DNA from: Eledone cirrhosa
Lineage: Eukaryota
NCBI GenBank assembly: GCA_964016885.1
Contig: OZ024743.1
Span: forward strand, 248,124,001-248,188,000
Reading direction: 5' to 3'
Length of the DNA: 64,000 nt
This document shows positions 12,708 through 23,639 of the stretch, piece by piece. Made by a program: the position numbers and the translations under genes. Below the pieces are notes generated by a model. That model was not told where the DNA came from, ran no database searches, and saw only the letters and a list, made by a program, of their open reading frames with translations. The stretch's first letter is position 1; the number at the start of each line of letters is the position of its first letter.

Positions 12708-13906
12708 CTGTTCAAGATATAAGTGGTATTAAATGATAATCTAATTAAAAAATTAATTTAAAATTACCTTTTTCTTAATAAATTGATTCTTTTTATCAAC
12801 TACTTGTATTAGTTATGTTAAAATGGTTAAACAATTATTACTGAGCTTCTAGCTTTAGCAGAAAGGTTACTTATAAAGTTCTTTTTGTTGTTATAGCTCA
12901 CACCTGTATAGGTTTAGCTGGATGCCATGAAGTTGCAACTCCTAGGAGATTTCTTGGGGGTTTTAACGATAGGGATCTCAGTTCTATCATATCAACATTT
13001 TCTAGTGACAGGAGGTGGTATTTGAACACAAAGTTGTAACATTTACCATAAGGGATTCTGCAAATGTGGTTGGTGAAAGAAATGGGATCCAGTTATAGAA
13101 AACTTGCCAAACAAAGGGTGTTGTTGATCTACATGATAAACGACCACCCAGTAGACTCTGTAAAATTGTTGGTGAAAGGAAGGGCATAAATCCGTAAAAA
13201 GCATGCCAAACAAATGGTCAAGAAAACTCTTCAGCTATGCCAAGGATATGACAACTTTTCTGGTGTTGGTGCCATAATAAAATGCACTCAGAGTGTGGAA
13301 TTGTATGTCCAACCCATGCTAGCAGGGAAAGTAGACGTTATGATGATGATGATGGCAAAGTTTATGTGCTGAAGGAGCTAGCCCACCTCACAGAGCTCAT
13401 TCTTGCAGAGGGCCATCTCCATTCCAATCAAACTAAGTGAGTCAGTGGTTTAGGCGAACCAGAATGTCAGATGTTTCCAACATAAGGGATTCCACAAAAA
13501 AAAAAAACTATCAGAAACAGCTAGTACTTTGACAGCTTGTGATCTTCAGCTTGTTAGGCAACAAAGCCTGGATCTAATGTGGATTTCACTAATTTGCCAC
13601 AGAAGAAAGTATTACAGCAAGTTGTATCTTAATGAGGGACATACTGCCTTGGAATGGAAATATTATGAGGCCATCTGGTCTTTTGCTGTCTCTACCAGTT
13701 CCAATGATGATGGAAAACTGTCAACATACAAAGCACAGTTTTATTTTTTTAAAATTAGAATCTAAAATCTAATAATTATATAGGATACAAAGAAAAAATT
13801 GCAATAACAGGAAAGAAAAGCTTGGAGAAAATATAAATTTAAATTGAACAAAATATTAAATACAAGATAAAATACTAACACATCATTATTATATCATATT
13901 ATTATA

Positions 13907-14093
13907 CGGATTGGCAGTATAGGTAGAGGGTCGGACGCCATGCTTTCCAGCATAGTTACGTCCTTTTATGATCTGAGTTCAAATCCCGCTGAGGTTAACT
14001 TTGCCTTTCATCCCTACGGGGTCGATAAAATAAAGTACCAGTAGTGTACTGGGTAATTGCTGGCCTTGTGCCAAATGTAGAAACAATTATTAT
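13907..14093 (+). mobile_element. Young tRNA-derived SINE (Meta-domain-like middle)
   Basis: TTGGCAGTATAGGTAG, GTTCAAATCC, GCCTTTCATCC..GGGGTCGATAAAATAAAGTACCAG; near-identical copies elsewhere in the window. Confidence 0.85.
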
Positions 14094-14111
14094 ACAGAAT
14101 GTATTACTCAC

Positions 14112-14223
14112 TGTTTTCAAAATAATATTCAGTTTCATTAAGGACATCTGCTCCATATCCAGGGTGAGGATTAGTTGTCAATAGACCATGATCACAATTA
14201 GCTTCCTGTTTTTTCTTTCTCCA
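14112..14223 (-). CDS. RPUSD2: RPUSD2-like exon 2
   Basis: tttcag|TGG...AAC A|gtgagt; encodes WRKKKQEANCDHG...LNETEYYFEN, matching the ETxYYFE motif of RPUSD2 proteins. Confidence 0.9.
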
Positions 14224-14260
14224 CTGAAATTCAAAATCTAGTAAATATCAGCCTGAATAA

Positions 14261-16094
14261 CACTGGGTTACTAAGTTTTTTCAACTGATTTTGGACAATT
14301 TTGTACTGCTGAATATGAAAATGACATGTTTCTCTAGATGAGCTCAGGTTTTTGTGCTAAGTCGATTAAAAAAAAATCCGATCTTCTGACTAAATCGATT
14401 ACATTTTTGTTAATATTTCTCATCTGAAATAGGTTTTTAAGAGAAAAAAATCGTTTTCTAACACAATTCATTAATTAAATGTTACAAAAATTGATTAGTG
14501 TACATTGAATAGTAGAGATTGATAAAGGTAAGCTCATGTAAATTGGATGTTAGGGCATCATTGTTCAAAATTCAGGGCTTGAACTTCCGTTTCTTCGAAC
14601 TCCTAGAATGCTTAGCGGCAGAGATTTCTTTCTTCAGAGTCCAACAGTAATCAGCCATCATGACTGCATCCAAGTGTCCCTGATACCTGGTCTCCATCTC
14701 TTTCATGTCCTGATGGAATTTCTCCCCTTGCTTGTTACTCATTGATTCCAGATTCTCAAGAATCAGTAATGCATTTTGATGCTCATGTTGCATCCGAGGT
14801 TTCTGAAAGCAGTCAGCATATTGGTGACAAGTTCTGCGTAGTTCCTGCCTTTGTTGTTGCCAAGAAAGTTCTTCACAACCAGAACAAAAGCCTTCCATGC
14901 TTCCAGTTACACTTCGTTCATTGAGTTTTCAAACTCTGGATCTCTGATGAGCTGACGGAGTTGAGGGCCACCAAAGATACCAGCTTTTAACTTCTCTATG
15001 GTCAATCCTGAAAAAGCATGGCACAAGTAAGTGAAGCAGCCACTATCCTTGTCCAGAAATTTGGGGTTGTTTATGACGTTCCTTGCTCTGCAAGGCCCCC
15101 ATTTCTCCCGTACATGCCAGTCCTTCTCCGTGTAATGCTGAGCTTGGTCCCTACTATCCCACATGCACATTGGGATAGTAGTATCTGTACAGTACACCAA
15201 GTCCTTCTCTTCAGAGTAAAAACGGCAGTACTCTTGATATCTGTTGCGATAGGTGATGCGAGCACTGTCAGAGAGGAGGTTTTTTTTCCCCTTCAATCTG
15301 GATGCCAACAGTTCGGCAGAGAACTGACAAGTTGAGATCGTGAACTAGAATATTTAGCTCCTTTTGGGAAAAAGAATGTGGAGCATCATGGTCAAGAACC
15401 ACTTCTTTTTCTTCAACACTAAAGGAATCTTCGTCACTAATGTCAGGAGGTTCTCCAAAGACAGGTACTGGAATTTCATCACAATGAGCTACAGGACGAC
15501 ATGCTGATTCAAGATCAGGATACTTGAGGCTGCTCCGGTTCTTTCTGTTGATCCCAGTCAAATCCATAGTGCAGAAGTAACACTCAGTGCCATGGTTTGT
15601 CGACTCCCTCCAAACCATGGTAATTCCAAACTTCAGACAACTCTTTTTGTCCTTGGTCCAACAATTCAGAAACTCGGTGCATATCTTGCATACCATGTGT
15701 GGTGCTCAAGCTTTATCTTGGTCACCAAAATAAGCATGGTAAGCACACTTTGTGAAACTTGTGACTGGATTCCAGTTAGGAACAACGGTGTATTCGCTGC
15801 AGATGTAACAGAATACATCGGGCTTATTTTTGCAAGATCTTCTGGCTAAATCCTAAATCCATTTCATTCACACGCAAAAGAAAAATACCAGTTTCTCTTT
15901 AGAATTCGTTTATTTAAAGAAAAAAGAAAGAATTTTGCATCATATAAATAGAAAATACCCTTACATGTAAACAAACATATAAAAAAAAACATGTGTCGAT
16001 GCATCAAAAAGTTGACCTGATTGAGCAATACCAATGCGATTTTTGGATTCAGCACATCAAAATTGTCCTAAATCAGCTAAAAAGACTTAGACAA
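14261..16094 (-). mobile_element. Chapaev3-like (CMC) DNA transposon, frameshifted and internally deleted
   Basis: Motifs MVWRESTNHGTECYFC, MWDSRD, EKLKAGIFGGPQLR, QGEKFHQDMKEMETRYQG..MMADYCW; left end TAA|CACTGGG with an imperfect inverted repeat at about 16040-16094. Family assignment is from recall. Confidence 0.8.
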
Positions 16095-16403
16095 TAAATT
16101 GAGCATTTAGCAACATATGGAGATGTACTCTGATGCACTACTATATCATGTGATCAACAAGGTCATGAAATATAATTCTATGTGACAATGTGAACATAGT
16201 AGAAAGTCACACTGAACAATTAGAAATGGACAAAAAATTATAATGGTTTAAAATTATGAGAAAATAACAAATTGGGTAATATTCTGAAAATCCTCTCAAG
16301 GGAGTAAGTTCAAACCAATACACACACAAAATTATAATTAGAGCCAGTTTTCTGAAAGAGACAATGAGTCCTTAAAATGCTAAAGGATTTGCTACTAGAT
16401 TAA

Positions 16404-16611
16404 CCCTTTAGAATTTATATTACTCTATATTTACTATTGTATTTTCATGGTGAACTCTTTATCTCACATAATATCAAATCAAAGAGATTTTGATGATATT
16501 TATTTTGATAACAATACCTTAACATAAGAATAAGTCACTGGTTATGGCCAGTTTCAACAAAAACAGGTGAGAGAATTCTGGCCAGATACAGCTGGTTTAA
16601 ATGCTAATAGG
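16404..16611. mobile_element. TTAA-flanked MITE family A copy (opposite orientation)
   Basis: Same TIRs and internal sequence as 5099-5304, reversed and more degenerate. Confidence 0.75.
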
Positions 16612-16734
16612 TTAAACTTGACATGATTTCAACTCAAAAATAAACAGCCAGAAGAAATACCATAAGATATGTTTTCCTACATGTTAACTGTTCTGTCAAA
16701 GAACTGATGATTTGATAATAAACCACTTTTATTT

Positions 16735-17160
16735 CTCAAGCATGGCTTGAATGTTGCAGGCTTACCATCACAGCTTGAACTGATGCAGTTAGAGACTGCA
16801 GGGATAATAAAAGGCCAGATAACATCATAATCTTTTCATTCCACAGTGGTAAGTCCCTCATCTGGGACATGACACATAGCAACACTTCCTCCAGGAACAA
16901 CCTGTTGAATTCTGTGACAGATCCAAGTTTCATTGCCTGACAAACTGAAAATTGCAAGTTGTTGAGGCACCGCTAACTTTCCGATAAGTTGATCATTGAC
17001 CCTATTGCAGTGAAAACGTCTGGCATCCTGGATCACTGAACCATCTCTTTACTCATTGCTATTATGGCAGAGTTGGTCACCCGCAAGAATGAATCCTGCG
17101 AGTTGGAATGGTTCTTTCTGAGCATTTCACTTGCTATCCTCTGGGGTAATGAAAATTCCC
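16735..17160 (+). mobile_element. CRE-clade non-LTR retrotransposon fragment (restriction-like endonuclease region)
   Basis: Manual translation with stops: DNKRPDNIIIFSFHSGKSLIWDMT...PIAVKTSGIL...WFFLSISLAILWGN. Confidence 0.75.
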
Positions 17161-18168
17161 CAACTTATGTACAGTATAGCTACACATGCATTCTTGTATA
17201 ATCTAAATTTACATTCGACTACAATACTAATTTAGTCATATTCAAGATCACAAATTGTACGTGCTTTTAAAATGAAATTATTTAATTAAGTCTTTTCAGC
17301 AGTTCAGGTATTTCGAATTTAATTACGTTTCTCTACCTTAGTTATGTATAATTAACAACATCCTTTTGCTCCCATTTTACCAATCTTCTTACGAGTATGT
17401 AGGGTTCCATTATCCAATGTATATGTAACCTTATTTAAAATGGTATTTCGGGAAGATCTAGCTGCTACTTTCAATAAGTCGAGCAACCATGTAGAGGCTC
17501 CCTCGTTAGCTCAGATGTATATAAATTCTGCATCTATCGACAGGACTTACGATGATTAATGAAGAAAAAATTGTGAAACAATTTTTTGAAAGTTGCACTT
17601 TGATGTGTACACGTGAATCAGAGGTCAACATCATGGAGTATATTTGGATGATGAATGGCGAAGAGAAAGCACAAAAGGAAACTTTTTCTCAACAACAGTT
17701 GCACATGAAATAAATAAACAGTCCGAAAAAACTAGTGATGGTCTGCGAAGCAAAACTTATTTAATTTGGACAAGTTCTTATGTCGTAGTGAGGCTGAGTA
17801 CTCATGTCTCTCCATGTGGTACGAACATTTTGGGAATTATTGACACTAAATAGATCTCGAAAGAAAACGGAAATATCTCGCCCGATTCACTGAATATGTA
17901 CACACTAAGGTTAGAGTTCGAATTCCCTCGTTGGGCCATGTAGATGAGCATACGAAACAAATCCGATCAATTGGACGAGTTATTTTCATTTTCTCATTTC
18001 GAGATCTACTGTTATACTTTGTGCATACGAATCTCCAACGAACTATTAGGGGTTCTTACTTCACCGAATGTGATCATTTTATGCTACTTTTAATCGTTAA
18101 TACGTATTAGAAGTGATAAAAGTTTGTAGTTTAAAAAAAGAGAAGATTATTATAAAAAAAAGACGTAC

Positions 18169-18555
18169 TTTTTTTAAAGCTCGTTTCGACATTGCTTTAC
18201 TAGCATTTTCGTTTTTATTGGATTCGTATTTCAAATGTTCACCCATTTCATTTTCTGTAGTTGTTACAGCTTCTGGTTGATTTTCGGTTTGAAACTTTTC
18301 ATTGTCATTTTTCTTATCATCAGCAGTTGAACTAGGAGTATCCATGGTTAAACTAATGGGCCGAGATGTTAAAAAGTTAGATGAGTGAAAATTATGTTTT
18401 AAATATGATGATGTAGTTAGGCTACACGACTTGCAGTAAACATAATTTATCAGGCGAGAAGTAAATGAAAAAGTTGAAAATTTTCTGTTTGAAGCAAATA
18501 TCGCACTTAATTCTCTAAAACTATGACGACTATAAATGATAAAATATTTTGACAT
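18169..18555 (-). CDS. RPUSD2: RPUSD2-like pseudouridine synthase, coding exon 1 (ATG at 18555; second in-frame ATG at 18345)
   Basis: Open frame MSKYFII...LTMDTPSS...SKRALKK ends at a GTACGT donor (phase 0) and joins exon 2 in frame. Which ATG is used is uncertain. Confidence 0.75.
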
Positions 18556-19117
18556 TTGTGCAATTCACAAAAAAGTACTTGTCAGTAATTAATAACGTGG
18601 AGGATGTTGTCTTTTGAAAGCCATATGGCTAGAACGAAAGGGAGATAATAAGACAAAACCGGTCTTTCATTTATAATTAAACATTAAATATAAATCCTCA
18701 TGTTCGATATAGGAATATTTAAGCAACCCGTGACCGTTCACTTAAAAATATTATTTTAAAATCATGTTCACTTAAAAATAAATTTTAAATAATCAAAATA
18801 TACTCAGACATGTTTGTATAAAATGAAATTGGAAAGTTGAGTGGTAAGATAATTGGATTCGCAATCGTGAGGTTGTGAGTTCGATTCCTTGACCGTGTGA
18901 TGTGTTATGCTCTTGAGCAAGACACTTTATTTCGCGTTGCTCCTTCTACCTGGAGTTGCGACCGATAGATAGTATTAGCGATCGGAAAGACCAACGGAAA
19001 CATTATTTCCTCGGTCCAATTTGACGAAAATCGATCGACTGTCGATATATATATGTAGAATTTCGTTTCTGAATTTGTTTAGCAAGATTCTTTATCTGAA
19101 ATCGTGTGTTGAAACCG

Positions 19118-19288
19118 ATATTGTTATACTTTGGGAGGGTCATGTTGCCAATAAGAAACACATGCACCAGTTGCTTTCACTTCAATTTATTATATATTTA
19201 TAAATTTACAAATCTATAAATTTCTGGTTGGTTGGTTGGTTGGTTCCACAACCAGATAGTTGTTTATATATATATATTATATATATAT

Positions 19289-19322
<34 letters not shown>

Positions 19323-19469
19323 AACAACTATCTGGTTGTGGAACCAACCAACCAACCAACCAGAAATTTATAGATTTGTAAATTTAATAATATATCATAA
19401 ATTGAAGTGAAAGCAACTGATGCGTGTGTTTCTTATTGGCAACATGACCCTCCCAAAGTATAACAATAT
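19118..19469. repeat. Long inverted repeat (arms of about 150 bp around a (TA)n centre)
   Basis: Arms are near-perfect reverse complements, including (GGTT)n/(AACC)n tracts. Confidence 0.95.
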
Positions 19470-19560
19470 ATATGTAGAAGTTCTATTTAAATTGTTGGGA
19501 TACAACAAGCAAATATTTTTATAACTGATATAAAGCACTCAACAAATTATTGGAGTAAAA

Positions 19561-19891
19561 ATACGATATATTAACAAATGGAAACTATATTTATAAAACC
19601 CATATTTATTTCATTATACATATTTCAAGGACACCAAGTTAAATTATAGTGTGCTTTCATCAGATAAAATATAATATAGACCAGTTTTATAAATAAATAA
19701 CTATATTGACATACCCTTAAATACGACCATTACTGTTGGAAGCTCCTGGATAGTTATTTATTTATAAAACTGATCTATATTATATTTATCTGATGAAAGC
19801 ACACCATAATTTAACTTGGTTGTCTTGAAATATGTATAATGAAATAAATATGGTTTTATATATATAATTTCCATTTGTTAATATATCGTAT
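19561..19891. mobile_element. Inverted repeat of Penelope-like pseudo-LTR type with hammerhead cores
   Basis: Arms of about 143 bp with a 45-bp spacer; each arm contains CTGATGA-stem-GAAA. Confidence 0.65.
19785..19843 (+). ncRNA. Candidate minimal type I hammerhead ribozyme (inverted partner at 19610-19668, minus strand)
   Basis: TTTAT CTGATGA AAGCACACC..GGTTGTCTT GAAA TATGTATA|ATGAA. Confidence 0.5.
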
Positions 19892-19932
19892 ATATATATA
19901 TATTTATATATGGATGTCTATAGACCTATATA

Positions 19933-20531
19933 TGTAGCGAAATCTGTCGACGCCTTGAACCTTGGGTGACACCTAAAGGTTAAACTCTAGGTCACCACTC
20001 TTTTGGTGTGAACAGGTTCATGTGTGGGCTATCTCCTCGAGGTGGGAGACAGAAAGCGACATGTATATAAAGCCTGTATATTCCCTGGTTTTATACAGAG
20101 AGATCGGAGAATTACGCTAGCAACAAGCTATGTAAAGATCACCGCTATCTACAGGCCACAGCGGTCTACAGTCAACTACAGACCATTACTCTCTCTCTCC
20201 TGGTCTCAGACTACACCAGCCTCACAACAACAAAATAACATTGTCAACCTTCGCAACTCGTGGTAACTTGTTTATTGTTCTTTTTGACTGAAGTGAAGTA
20301 AACCTTTTTATATATAAAGTAAATCGCTATTCTTGTTATTACATCTAACAACCATGTTAATCCATCTAACAATTTCTTACTAACACCAATTCGTTAAATA
20401 TACACTGGTCACAGACAAACACACATATACACATACATATATGTGTATACACACATATATATATGTATATATACACAAACACACACACACACTTAGAAAC
20501 CCTTCGTATTTAGCAGGAAATATTCGCTACA
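19933..20531 (+). mobile_element. Probable solo LTR
   Basis: TGTAGCGAA...TTCGCTACA 9-bp terminal inverted repeats with TG..CA ends; internal TATATAAA box at about 20064; no matching TSD. Confidence 0.65.
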
Positions 20532-23500
20532 CACATCATGTCCTAACACAAGTTATATGATACATATGACTTAATATTCAGCCATCAAATTCGAGCTAGA
20601 TACAGTAATGTTGTGTTCGATTCTTTGAAGTCACCTATTATAATTTCATTCAACATCAACAGCTCTCTCTCTCTCTCTCTTTTTTTTTTTTCAATCTACT
20701 CTCTCACAACCACTATCTCTTTCTCTCTATCTCTCTCTCTCTCTATTTATGAAAGTACCCGGAAAAATGCTGTATCTCGGGAACCCGTGTTTCGATTTAC
20801 ACAAAACTTGTTTTATTCCATTTGTATTACCATTTCAGGGGCAACTTCTTTCAAAGTATTTTCCCATTATGCGCCATTTTGGCTGTATTAAATTACAGAC
20901 AAGCACACAATCACAGAGTTTTATTTCTAAGATGTAGTAAAATAATGATTTCTAATTTAGACACAAAGCCAGCAATTTCTAGGAGGGGAAAGTTGGTTAT
21001 ATCAACCTCACTACTTCACTGGTTATGTTATTGAACTTGAAAGATGAAAGGTAGAGTTGATCTTCATAAGATTTGAACTCAGAATGTAAAGATCTGGGAC
21101 AAATACTGTAAGGTATTTTTTCCAGCCTTCATGCAACTCTGCTAATTGACTGCCTTATAAACTGGAATAATATAATTGTTTCTACATTTTGGCACAAGGC
21201 CAGCAATTACCCCAGTGCATTATTGGTGATTTATTTTATCAACTCCATAAGGATGAAAGACAAAGTTAACCTCGGCGGAATACACTATGTTTTTCGTTGT
21301 TTTAACTTTTATTGGTTGGTTTAAAAGATAGCAGAAGCTGTAGTTTAATTCCTGATTATATATGTTTTAAAATCGGAATTCTATTTGTCTGGCAATTCTT
21401 TGATCTGGGACCTTGTGTTGAAATATCACAGAAGAATCATTTTAGCCATTCAAAACGACACAAAAATTGTTAACTTCACTTTGTATTTATCATATATTCC
21501 TTGATGTCAAAAGTTTTGTCGTATTGACTACAACTTTGTCACTAAGTTCCATTGCAACTGAAGTGAAGTTTGCAGTTTTTGTATGTTTCAGGATGACTAA
21601 AATGATTCCTCCACTAAATAATTACTAAAATGAATTTGTTTGGGCAGAAAAAAAGTAAAAGTCATCCAGTGTCGATAAGTGCAATGTGGTTTCTGAAACG
21701 AAACATTTGTAATGATTAATAAACTCTTATTACACAAATGGTGATTGCCAGGCAATGGTTTTGTTAACCAAAGAAAAAATTTAGAATTTCTTTGACATAA
21801 GAACATGCTCCTTGTTGGAGATAAGTGATAAAAAGGGTTCTTTAATAGAGATGATTATCACCATTATCATTTTACATGGTCCGTGACTAGACAGACTAGA
21901 GAACAACATCTTGCATGTAGGTTCCACACTTTAACATGGTTTCTACAGTTGGGTGTCCTTCCTAATGCCAACTACTTTCCAAAGTATAATGGGTTCATTT
22001 TATCATGGCACCAACACTACCACTCGAGAGAGTGTACTGGGTGCATGTAATCATGGCATCACCAACACCATTTTACAGAATGTATTCAGTACATGTTATC
22101 ATGGCACCAGCTCTACCACTTGACAGAGTGTACTGAGAGCATTTTATAGTGCTACTAACACTAGAGAGGTTGTCAAGTCCTTGACAGGACAAAACAGTAT
22201 GCTGCACCTGAGACTGTCTCGGTCTGTTCGTAACCACTTTTCAGGGGGATTCGAAGATCAATAATTTAACCCCACAATTAAATATTAAATCTTTTATAAC
22301 CCCTTCTCTCTGGTCTGTATCTCTCAATGAACCCATTTGCTATTTTAAATTACCAGAAAATCAGATAAGCCACATGTCTGACTGGTTTCAATTTATTGGT
22401 AACAAATAACTTAGGACAGCAATAAATACTGGAACGGACCTCCATCGGTTTCAATGATGATTGTTCCAGTTGTTTGATCAATGTAACAGCCTGCTCATGA
22501 AATTTACATATAATTTGCTGAGTATTCCACAGACTCATGTATCCTACATGTAATTTTTAAGAAGATTCAGACTGAGAGAATATGACAAGTCACACCCTTT
22601 GAAATTACAAGGACAGTTCATTTGATGGGCTTCCAAACACAGTTTCAGTCACAAAGTGTTTGTCAATCCAAAGTAAGGGTAAATGATACTTGCCCAAAAT
22701 GCCCCACAATCAGTTGGAACCTGAGACCAAATGATTGTGAAGCAGACTCCTTAACCATTTGCTTATACCTTGTCCACTATAACATGTATAATGACATCAA
22801 GAGGTTAAATTTCAACAAGCCATTTTGGATCTGAAAATATAAGTATCAATAATAACATTAACTTATTAAATTTGTTTTTAAATTTAAGATATTGACCTTG
22901 GGAGCTATAAATTAATTGAATACTAAGCATCTGACAAGTGTTTTTTTAAAATCAGTAATTAAATGATGATTCACTGGAAGGTTTCTTGAGATATTGCCTA
23001 CTCTTTTGGTAAAATGAATTTAACCTGATAGCATGTGGAAAGTCACTCCAGGTAGAGCCACTACTTCTCCGAATTAAGAGATCACAACCCTAGTACTATG
23101 GGCATGTGTTTAGATTGTCTCAGGAAAGAATCGCTGAATGAATTTTGTAGACCCCAAGCAAGATGGTTGGATAGCATCCATGAGCTTGACTGGTCTCTCT
23201 TGGGAATCCAGCCAGATCAGTTGGAGACAGGGCCTAATGGAAGGGGTGTTTGAGGATTCTGTTTCCATGATCCACCCAAGAATAAGTGGGCAAAGAAGAA
23301 GAGAAGCACGTGGAAAAATCCTTGGCAAAACATTGTCAATTATTGACATTTGAAAATCAAAGAAATATTCAATTTTATTGCATAATTTAAGTTAATTATT
23401 GATCTCAGTAATCCAGCTTTTAATTTGCATTGGAGCAATACTAGATTTTGTGTTTTACATATGTTTTGCTGTGACTGATTTTATTTTGTTTCTCATCTTT

Positions 23501-23639
23501 GTTATAAGATGGTACTCCAGATAGGAGTACTTTCATATGCCTTTACTCAAAGATTAATTACATCTGCTCAGTTGCCTCACATATCTACATTTGTCTCATG
23601 CCTGGACTTCGGTTGGCGTAGAAAGAAATATCATCATTC

